Assembly: GCA_964615235.1 (NCBI GenBank)
Contig: CAZTMK010000015.1
Span: forward strand, 31,439 to 55,438
Origin: an uncultured Thermoplasmatales archaeon
GTDB lineage: Archaea > Thermoplasmatota > E2 > DHVEG-1
Direction of reading: 5' to 3'
DNA length: 24,000 nucleotides
The position numbers were made by a program, and so were the translations under genes. This document shows positions 17,401-24,000 of this stretch, piece by piece (within the stretch, counting starts at the first letter, position 1; each line of letters begins with the position of its first letter). The notes beneath the pieces are model-generated. The model was not told where the DNA came from, searched no databases, and saw nothing but the letters and a program-made list of their open reading frames with translations.

Positions 17401-18174
17401 CTTAGCGGCTATGAGACGCTTGTTGGCGATCCCGTCCAGTTGTTTGGTCAAGCTTATGGCGGCGATGGAGTATATACTTGGTCCTGGGATTTCGGTGATG
17501 ATTCTGCTGGAAGTAGTATTCAGAATCCGACCCATGCTTATGATGCACCTGGAACTTATACTGCAACATTAACTGTGACTTCTGGCAGTGAGACTGCTTC
17601 AGATACCGCTGAGGTAGTTGTGTATGATGTTGAGGAATTACTTGTGAATGTTGGTCATGATCTAGATACGATTGTTGGTATTGATAACCTGTTTACAGTG
17701 TCTGTGAAGGGCGGTCGTGCCCCATATTCCTATTTATGGAACTTTGGTGATGGTGCTACTTCAACGGTTGCAAATCCAGTTCATGTGTTTACGAGTCCTG
17801 GCGAGTATGTTGTCGAAGTTACGCTTACCGATTCTCTTGGTAAATCTAAATCAGATAAATCGATGGTTTCGGTTGTTGAGGACACAACAATTGAGCAATG
17901 TGAGATCCTTAGTGTATCTGGTGGTTTTGGGGTTAAAGTTTCTATTTCATCTGGCGATGAACCAGTTGACTGGTCAATAGATGTTGACGGAGGAATTGTT
18001 TTACTAGGTGGACACAACAGTGGAAACATACCAAAGAAATCTGAGCAGGCGGTCCAAATTCCACTTACAATTGGATTCGGTAAAGTCGATATTACAGTAA
18101 CTGTAAATGATCTGGTGGAAAAGAGAAGTGCATTCTTGCTAGGACCATTCTTCCTGGGAGTAAGGGAAATTTAA
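14476..18174 (+). CDS. large secreted surface protein: vWA, prealbumin-like fold, Ig-like modules, beta-helix, 3x PKD, CARDB-like C-terminal module
   Basis: 1232 aa with a signal peptide. The vWA domain spans ~14596-15150, with MIDAS DSSGS at 14617-14631. A SpaA/Cna-B-like stretch follows (ISVQKKVDGEPEAGWEFTLTV...ITETLKTGY). The Ig-like modules are bounded by TPP (DNESGVNATYYRI...YSVDNAGNIE). A beta-helix head is present (WVDDDY...IHKGIYLEDIVVDD). There are three WDFGDG-type PKD domains. Confidence 0.9.
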   Translation: MKNKYLLIIICTIVFFAILAANTVNAVTIEPNPELQATCGIDIALVLDSSGSISSSDMVVMKNAFIGFVNILLPNTPTQFSVIDFDDNAVILQSFTNNKTDIINAINMPTSGGCTNWEDGLIKANDTFDPRVDKPDLVLFASDGNPNTVYGGSPCGTSESAAVSAAVAIANTMKLDGIRIITLGIGDDIDSANLIAISSSDAYYDVDEFDELEDTLETIASELCGGTISVQKKVDGEPEAGWEFTLTVTNGTATPNPGITDDLGFVVFDINITQGSEAIVNITETLKTGYLFDSVYAQNCTGAIVGTPGTNAIYGIPVRGDCAIYCLFNNTNLTGLDDTPPVTNKTVSDPKYGPNDEWVTESTEFNLTAFDNESGVNATYYRIWYMGSWSLWEVYDGNFTLDGNCMHYIEFYSVDNAGNIEPVQNQTHYVDEMAPITNPYPPEFGIPYTTIEYEGEQYVVINCTTPMWINVTDPSCGIGVLNISYSVWYYDTSSSSYVKIPGSEREVHDNDIYDLDPDLGEISVSLTIDEECLHQVRWTVFDLFGHFAIYNYSFAVDCTPPTITKTHPICYIPIDPDTGWIGVCNEITLSAIDGGTFPCISGVDDIFWGFTYEGTWHPIDPFDSYGGNTVGYFKDDKWWYTYSPSLNVHWLETGLHVLEYWAKDKVNNMGPTHTQTYWANICQPEIWVDDDYTSSTPGWRITHFNSIRYGLEWLESGGTAHIHKGIYLEDIVVDDVPCCDNTGITIEGVECYPSLPKQSGAVIVGTITIKVNDVSINCLMFEPTSDPAITVEGSGAVIQHNIFFKECLADATAIENMGQSMVEARYNYWGAPNGPSGGVIDPVTGMEADGYGTILLGDNIRFDPWAGVHAQIKASKTEVEPGQSIVFSSEPYSFAYYIDGTPNDYHVLWDFGDGEYSQDKTIGHVFDMPGTYQVSLRIRAGDTSLHPGFMYDWDYVTIHVLEPGAPLTVSADGPGLSGYETLVGDPVQLFGQAYGGDGVYTWSWDFGDDSAGSSIQNPTHAYDAPGTYTATLTVTSGSETASDTAEVVVYDVEELLVNVGHDLDTIVGIDNLFTVSVKGGRAPYSYLWNFGDGATSTVANPVHVFTSPGEYVVEVTLTDSLGKSKSDKSMVSVVEDTTIEQCEILSVSGGFGVKVSISSGDEPVDWSIDVDGGIVLLGGHNSGNIPKKSEQAVQIPLTIGFGKVDITVTVNDLVEKRSAFLLGPFFLGVREI
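17090..17880 (+). repeat. three tandem PKD domains (protein-level repeat inside the 1232-aa CDS)
   Basis: The three domains read HVLWDFGDGEYSQDKTIGHVFDMPGTYQVSLRI, YTWSWDFGDDSAGSSIQNPTHAYDAPGTYTATLTVT and YSYLWNFGDGATSTVANPVHVFTSPGEYVVEVTLT. At DNA level only short strings recur (tgggatttcggtgatg at ~17203 and ~17485). Confidence 0.8.
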
Positions 18175-18176
18175 TA

Positions 18177-18192
18177 TTTTCCTTTCTTTTTT
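18177..18192 (+). terminator. oligo-T tract after the large surface-protein gene
   Basis: TTTTCCTTTCTTTTTT begins 3 nt after the stop (18172-18174). Oligo-T runs act as archaeal termination signals. No stable hairpin is seen. Confidence 0.3.
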
Positions 18193-18365
18193 ATTTATTC
18201 AAAAATCCAATTAAATAATGTTGTCAGTAATTTTCTAATATGATCAGCAATCCCCAAAAAAGCAATTTAGTATCTTTTACATATGCAAACTAACGTGTAT
18301 AACATAACAAGAAACTGCAATATTTATGGCAGAGAGAATGTCGAATTATAAAAGATAATTTTTAA

Positions 18366-20357
18366 TTATTGATAATTTGTATCAATCATTTCTCCATGGA
18401 ATGCAAAATCAATCTTACCAAAACCTGTTGAAATAGAAGAAGGTGCGATGTCTATCTTAATTATATTTTCGACATCATGTGAATAATGAAAACTTCCGCC
18501 CCATTTACTGTTTATTTCGTATGCATCGTATGTTCCTGAAGGAACCGTCGTTTTTACTTCCGATATCGACAAATCGGGTATTGTGGGAATAATAATATCT
18601 GTCTTACCAAGTAATTCATTAAGGATTTCCTCGAATCTAATAACAGGTAAAAATCTAGCAAATTCTTTAGGGATTAATTCCACTTTAAATAATGAGGCGA
18701 TTTTATTTGCAAAATTAATAATGTTTAGCAACGGTGATGAAATATCGCCATTTACTATTAATTCCGTTGATGGATTATCATATTTCTTGTTATCAAACAG
18801 CGGATAATTTACATATTTTAAGTCAGGATTAAATTCAATTGAAATATCTGTTTTATATGAAAATGGGATGGGAAGAAATTTGGGAAAAATTATTTTGCCA
18901 TCAATGTTACAATCCACCTGATTTATACTTTGATTTCTTTTTGAAAAAATAATTTCACCGGAAATACTTGTTTTTGTTAATTGAGCAAGGATATTAAAAA
19001 TATTATATTCTAAAGAGATTTCTGCATCAAGTGTCCCAGAAAATTTCATAACATATGTTTCTGGAGTTTCTTCATTGATTTTAAATTTTATTTGAGGAAT
19101 ATTTACTTCCAAAATAATCTTTGTTTGGTCCTCTATTAAACTTAATTCTAAGTTATCAAAGAGATACTCCCATTCGTTTCCAATAGACCAGATATCAACA
19201 AATGCAGCAGTGTTTGTACTACCTTGTTGTCCTATTTGATCCCTTATAGTTAATGTAACATTGTATATTCCTTTGCTATCGTATTCATGTGTAACAGTAA
19301 TTCCTTTACCTGTAGTTCCATCCCCAAAATCCCATATGTAGTCGGCTATTTCCCCTTCTACATCAAAGCTATCTATTCCAGAAAAGGTAATGGGATTTTC
19401 AATAGATCCATGATACATTCCACCTGTGCTTGCTACAGGCTCCCAGTCGAAGGATTCAGGGTTATAATCAACCCAGGCAATTGTGCCAGAGTCAATATTC
19501 AATGCACCATATTCAATATTAAAAAATCCGTTATTTGCCCAAAAAGGACTCCAGCTATTTTTACAAATCCAGTATCCACCATTTCCAATTGATGAATCGT
19601 CTTTCCATCCAGCAATTATCACAACATGATTCTGCCAGGGACTGGGCCCTGCATAGGGATAAAATTGATCGGAATCATGATTTATCAGCCCCCACGCAGT
19701 AAAATCATCTGATGCATACATGCTTGTTATAACTGGTCCTTTTTCAATGATTGTTGATTTGATAATTTGTTTATCTCCAGATACAGTGGCATAAAAAGAA
19801 TCATAATCGAGGAGTGGGACAAGTTTTTCTTGCCAATCGGAAGATTTGTCACTGCAATCAATATTGTCATCTGCTTGATAAGGCATACAAGATTCCAATG
19901 GTAAACCGTTACAAAAATTTCCCACTAAATCAGCATCCATTATATTTTCTAACGCTCGCATAAAACTTCCCCCCTTACAACTTCCTGCACTTCCTAGGCA
20001 AGAAAGTATATACTGCTCTGATAAATCTGGGTCAAGACAGGGGTTGTTTTCCTTTATGTTTATAACTGACTCAATTACCGCAACAGCGGCAAAAGCCCAA
20101 CAGCTCCCACAGTTACCTTGGTATCTTGCCGGTGTTGTCCAATCACCGTTATAATTGGTCCAACTGAATTTTGAAGGAGTATCTATTGCCATAGGTTTAG
20201 GGTTGTTAGATGGAATTGGTTCCTGCATTACTTGCTCCATTGTTCTACAAATTAGAAAATTGCTATCATACCTTGTTTCTATTTTACTGAAGGCAATAGT
20301 ACTGTATGAAAAAAGCAGCGAAATAATAAATATAATTAATAAATTTTTAAGTAGCAT
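18366..20357 (-). CDS. secreted papain-family (C1) cysteine peptidase, PKD domain, ~270-aa unknown C-terminal region
   Basis: 663 aa with a signal peptide. Catalytic motifs are QGNCGSCWAF (Cys), QNHVVIIAGW (His) and ICKNSWS (Asn). The PKD domain reads YIWDFGDGTTGKGITVTHEYDSKGIYNVTLTI. No ERFNIN-type I29 propeptide is seen. Confidence 0.9.
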   Translation of the reverse strand: MLLKNLLIIFIISLLFSYSTIAFSKIETRYDSNFLICRTMEQVMQEPIPSNNPKPMAIDTPSKFSWTNYNGDWTTPARYQGNCGSCWAFAAVAVIESVINIKENNPCLDPDLSEQYILSCLGSAGSCKGGSFMRALENIMDADLVGNFCNGLPLESCMPYQADDNIDCSDKSSDWQEKLVPLLDYDSFYATVSGDKQIIKSTIIEKGPVITSMYASDDFTAWGLINHDSDQFYPYAGPSPWQNHVVIIAGWKDDSSIGNGGYWICKNSWSPFWANNGFFNIEYGALNIDSGTIAWVDYNPESFDWEPVASTGGMYHGSIENPITFSGIDSFDVEGEIADYIWDFGDGTTGKGITVTHEYDSKGIYNVTLTIRDQIGQQGSTNTAAFVDIWSIGNEWEYLFDNLELSLIEDQTKIILEVNIPQIKFKINEETPETYVMKFSGTLDAEISLEYNIFNILAQLTKTSISGEIIFSKRNQSINQVDCNIDGKIIFPKFLPIPFSYKTDISIEFNPDLKYVNYPLFDNKKYDNPSTELIVNGDISSPLLNIINFANKIASLFKVELIPKEFARFLPVIRFEEILNELLGKTDIIIPTIPDLSISEVKTTVPSGTYDAYEINSKWGGSFHYSHDVENIIKIDIAPSSISTGFGKIDFAFHGEMIDTNYQ

Positions 20358-20601
20358 TTTGGCGGTTCCCCAATTATATTAACAATATAATTTATAGATT
20401 TTATATGTATAATAATTTTTTTGTATAAATCTGTTTTGCACAATAAAACAATGACAATTATTATTTCGTGTGGAAATTTTTAGAATTTGCAATTTTCATT
20501 TTAATAAAAATTTATATATAACATTTGTCCATTATTATATAAATAAGTTAAGTATCAAAAAACATATCATGGGAAAAAATAAATCGGGGGCAATTTAAAA
20601 G

Positions 20602-22215
20602 ATGAAGAAAATCATAGGACTATTCACCGTATTTTTAATAGTTACTTCGATGGGATCTGCATCTGGATTATTGAGAGATAATTCACAATTTCCATTTTCT
20701 TTACAACCTTCACAAGTTGAGGATTTCGATCCACTTGTTGATATTACTGTTACTGTGCAGATTTTGAAAATAAGATCGCTAGAGAAGCGCGACATCCAAG
20801 TCAATGCCATTGAAAAAATCGACTGGGAAAACGATCCAGATTTTTACGTAAAGTTATATATTAACAACGATGAGTTCAAAAGTCCTGTTTGGAATAATCT
20901 AAAGTATATTGAAAATGTAGGCTGGGAGGCAAAACTGAATGTTCCTGACGATGAAGAATTTGTATATATCCGTATAGAATTGTGGGATTGGAATCTCGGT
21001 CTTGATATGCCTTGCGATGTTAGCAATATGAACTATAATAGTGAGAAATATAAAGAAAGTTTTGGCGTCGATTTGATCTACAGTATTGCAACAGGACACT
21101 GGTGGGGAGAGGACTTTGCCTGTTATGATTTTATAAGTGCAGACCCAAGTGGTTATGGAAGATTAAATGGTTGCGATGATGGAAGTATCTATCAACGCGA
21201 AAGGGATTGCGAACTCTGGTTTGACATAACTCAAACTGATTATGATAACGATGGAATTCCTTACTGGACAGAGGTAAATTTTTATGGAACTGATCCAACA
21301 GTTTGTGATCTTGGAACTGATATTGATAATGATGGAGTGCCCATAGAATGGGAACATAGATGGGGCCATTATGCTTGGTATCATTGGGGAGATGATACCT
21401 ATTATCATGAATGGATTTATCTACCAAATGAATATAACGATCATGCAAATCTGGATCCTGATGAGGATGGACTATCCAATTACCAAGAATACCTTCTCAG
21501 CCAATGGGGTTCAGATCCTTTCCGAAAAGATATCTTTCTAGAAATCGATCAAATGGAAAAGGGACCTAAAGGTGAAGGAAGCTATTTACCAGAATTATCT
21601 AAGGAACTGATTACAACCGCATTTGATAGAAGAAATATCGTATTTCATATTGACGACGGATGTATGGGCGGTGGTCAGAAAAATATCCCCTTTGATGAAG
21701 AAACAACTGACCAGGAATTAAGGACCATTTACCGAAATTTTTTCTTAAACGGAAATCCTAGCTATTGGCGGAAGGGCGTTTTTCATTATGCACTTATTAT
21801 TTATCATGCCGAGCGGTATCCTGGTTTCGTTTTCGTTGGAGACGATTGTCCCGATTCTCTTCAACTTTCTACGAAAGCACACTCTAAAATAGCAGGTCGA
21901 TATCCTATTTTAAACAGATTCGTCTGGCGTACTCTTGATATGGATGAAATATATGCAACAGTTTTTGCGGGGGCACTAATGCATGAAACTGGACATACGT
22001 TGGGAATTTTTAATCAAAATACTCCAGGATGTGACGATCAGGAGGGAAAATTCCCATATCAAATTAATTACTGGCGTTGGAAACCGTATAAAAGTGTTAT
22101 GAATTACGGTTACGTTTACAAAATCGTTGATTACTCTGATGGCTCTCGTGGCAAAAATGATTTTGACGATTGGGATAGAATTGACCTAACCTATTTCCAA
22201 AGATCTTGGCATTAA
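20602..22215 (+). CDS. secreted zinc metallopeptidase (HExxH) with C2-like N-terminal domain and TSP3-like Ca-binding repeats
   Basis: 537 aa with a signal peptide. HETGH is at nt 21982-21996 (ALMHETGHTLGIF). There are three DxDxDGxxxxxE repeats (DYDNDGIPYWTE, DIDNDGVPIEWE, DPDEDGLSNYQE) at ~21238-21489. The N-terminal beta-sandwich-like stretch is at ~20734-21021. Confidence 0.85.
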   Translation: MKKIIGLFTVFLIVTSMGSASGLLRDNSQFPFSLQPSQVEDFDPLVDITVTVQILKIRSLEKRDIQVNAIEKIDWENDPDFYVKLYINNDEFKSPVWNNLKYIENVGWEAKLNVPDDEEFVYIRIELWDWNLGLDMPCDVSNMNYNSEKYKESFGVDLIYSIATGHWWGEDFACYDFISADPSGYGRLNGCDDGSIYQRERDCELWFDITQTDYDNDGIPYWTEVNFYGTDPTVCDLGTDIDNDGVPIEWEHRWGHYAWYHWGDDTYYHEWIYLPNEYNDHANLDPDEDGLSNYQEYLLSQWGSDPFRKDIFLEIDQMEKGPKGEGSYLPELSKELITTAFDRRNIVFHIDDGCMGGGQKNIPFDEETTDQELRTIYRNFFLNGNPSYWRKGVFHYALIIYHAERYPGFVFVGDDCPDSLQLSTKAHSKIAGRYPILNRFVWRTLDMDEIYATVFAGALMHETGHTLGIFNQNTPGCDDQEGKFPYQINYWRWKPYKSVMNYGYVYKIVDYSDGSRGKNDFDDWDRIDLTYFQRSWH

Positions 22216-22230
22216 CTAAATTGCAATAAA

Positions 22231-22250
22231 TCCTCTTTCTTTTGTTTTTT
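22231..22250 (+). terminator. T-rich tract after the metallopeptidase gene
   Basis: TCCTCTTTCTTTTGTTTTTT starts 16 nt after the stop codon (22213-22215). No hairpin is seen. Confidence 0.3.
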
Positions 22251-22686
22251 ATTAATATAAAATGTATAAAAAGGATTCTACACCCCTCAATCAGGGCTTA
22301 GAAATTCAAATAGGAATAATTTCAATCGAAACAAAGGTAAAATATTATATCTATATTTCCTATTAGGAAGCGTAATATACTTCTCCTGTTTAATTGGATC
22401 AAAACTGAATTTTCTAGAAATGAATTTCCAAATGTTTTCTAGGTTTTGACTATTCCAATATCTTGCAGGACCGTTTTATATAAAGGTGTGTTCTTATCCT
22501 TTCGGTTGCCGTATAAGAAACATTTCTCCAATGATTAAGGATTAATAAACACAATATTCCACTAAAAACACCAACTTATCATCTTTTTTTCTATGTTAAT
22601 ATATATTCGAAACATTTAAATCATAACAATAGATGTATAATATTAACGGTTTTTAATTAGGACCTTAGCGGAGGTGCAAGATATAT

Positions 22687-24000
22687 ATGAGAAAAATATT
22701 TGCTGTTTTTATAGGAATGTTTGTATTAGCAAGCTCTGTTGTAGTGATAACTATAGGTAAAAATGTTAATGTAGAAATAGAAAATGAGGATTGTGGATGT
22801 GAAAATGACATTATTTATACAACAATACGACCTGATGGAACTGAATGTAAATGTTTGCTTTTAAATGGTAAGTATCCAGTAATGTCAGAATTGCCACCTC
22901 GTACTGAGGAGGAACTCAGGCTTATGGATTTAAATCCTCAGCCTACTATGGATCCTAATGATCTACCTGATTCTTTTAGTTGGTTAAGTTTTGGTGGTAA
23001 TTGGCTTACTCCTGCAAAAAATCAGGGAAATTGTGGTAGCTGTTGGGCTTTTGGTGCACTTGGTGCGATGGAATCAGCTATAAAGATAGCTTCTGCCGAT
23101 TCTGGTTGGAATCCTGATTTATCAGAGCAATATATTCTTTCATGTCTTAGTGCTGCTGGTTCCTGTGGTGGTGGTTGGATGTCGACTTGTCTTCAGTATA
23201 TAAAATCTACATCTCCTGGTTCCACAGGTAATGGTATAAATGGTTGCACAATTGAAACCTGTATGCCTTATCAAGCTGTTGATTGGATACCATGTTCTGA
23301 AAAATGTGATGAATGGGATCAATTTACATATCCATATCCAGAAAAGGATGACCATCTTTTCCAGATTTTAGATACTGGTTATTTTTCTACTGATCCTAAT
23401 GATCAAAATGACTGGGATTTATTGAAAACCTATGTTTTCGAATATGGCCCTATAGTTGTTGATATTTATGCATCAGGCGGTTGGTCCTCTTTCTGGAATA
23501 CTCACCATAGCCCAACTGATGTCTATGATGGATCAGAGCAAGGTACTACAAACCATGCACAAGTGCTTTGTGGATGGGTAAATGATCAGAATGTTAAAAA
23601 CGGTGGATATTGGATTATTAAAAATAGTTGGGGGACAGGTTTTGGTTATAATGGTTTTAGTAATATTGCATATGGTTGTCTTAGATTAGGGGATCGTGAT
23701 GTATCATGGGTTACAACAACAGAATGGGATATAGAAGAAGAGGAAGAGGTTCCAGATCCAACAGTTCCTGTTATTAAACTTGTTTATGCTGGATGGGATT
23801 ATTATGTGGGAAATGATCAGGGTGATCAATGTCCAAGACCCGGTGAAGAAATGCGATTCAGAGATCAATCCACTGGTCCTGTTGTAGATTGGCAATGGGA
23901 TTTCAATGGTGATGGCATTATTGATTCCACTAGCAACAGACCAACGTGGAGCTATGCTTCACCAGGGCAATATTCAGTCACATTAATTGTTTCAAATGAA
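22687..24000 (+). CDS. secreted papain-family (C1) cysteine peptidase with PKD domain, 3' end beyond window
   Basis: Hand translation from ATG 22687 stays open to 24000 (438 codons). It is not in the ORF track because there is no stop. GGAGGTG SD lies ~10 nt upstream. Signal peptide MRKIFAVFIGMFVLASSVVV. Catalytic motifs are QGNCGSCWAF, TNHAQVLCGW and IIKNSWG. A PKD domain begins at WQWDFNGDG...PGQYSVTLIVSNE. Confidence 0.9.
   Translation, partial: MRKIFAVFIGMFVLASSVVVITIGKNVNVEIENEDCGCENDIIYTTIRPDGTECKCLLLNGKYPVMSELPPRTEEELRLMDLNPQPTMDPNDLPDSFSWLSFGGNWLTPAKNQGNCGSCWAFGALGAMESAIKIASADSGWNPDLSEQYILSCLSAAGSCGGGWMSTCLQYIKSTSPGSTGNGINGCTIETCMPYQAVDWIPCSEKCDEWDQFTYPYPEKDDHLFQILDTGYFSTDPNDQNDWDLLKTYVFEYGPIVVDIYASGGWSSFWNTHHSPTDVYDGSEQGTTNHAQVLCGWVNDQNVKNGGYWIIKNSWGTGFGYNGFSNIAYGCLRLGDRDVSWVTTTEWDIEEEEEVPDPTVPVIKLVYAGWDYYVGNDQGDQCPRPGEEMRFRDQSTGPVVDWQWDFNGDGIIDSTSNRPTWSYASPGQYSVTLIVSNE

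Noticed and set aside
17090-17880. Repeated DNA that might be a tandem-repeat or CRISPR-like array
   Set aside because: The periodicity is that of ~85-aa PKD protein domains inside one continuous ORF. Nucleotide identity is limited to the WDFGDG-coding stretch. There is no repeat-spacer structure.

Overview
This is a visibly AT-rich window, densely coding on both strands. I found no rRNA, tRNA, CRISPR array or intact mobile element. It splits into three parts.

(1) 1-3.5 kb holds small housekeeping or accessory genes. These are an eRF1/aRF1-fold paralog whose catalytic GGQ reads GGWSQ, a YkgJ-type CxxCxxCC protein, an EncFtn-like mini-ferritin, and an unlisted 48-aa Cys-rich ORF.

(2) 3.5-11.7 kb is a minus-strand isoprenoid-tailoring locus. 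It has three UbiA-family prenyltransferases, a geranylgeranyl-reductase-family flavoprotein and a CrtI/phytoene-desaturase-family flavoprotein. It is interrupted by a small secreted protein, a decayed serine-recombinase remnant and a secreted beta-helix protein. A metallophosphoesterase and a bacterial-type glutaminyl-tRNA synthetase follow it.

(3) 14.4-24 kb is a secretome island. It has a 1232-aa surface protein (vWA, sequon-rich Ig-like modules, beta-helix, three PKD domains), two papain-family (C1) peptidases fused to PKD domains, and an HExxH metallopeptidase with TSP3-like Ca-binding repeats and a C2-like N-terminal sandwich.

Gene content leans archaeal: an aRF1-fold protein, GGR plus UbiA genes, N-x-S/T-rich surface modules and oligo-T runs after genes. 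The GlnRS is bacterial in type, so the host cannot be settled from this window.

The best candidate for an undescribed system is the triple-UbiA/GGR/CrtI-like locus. Its product cannot be named from sequence. All family calls rest on motifs read by eye. No database search was run.
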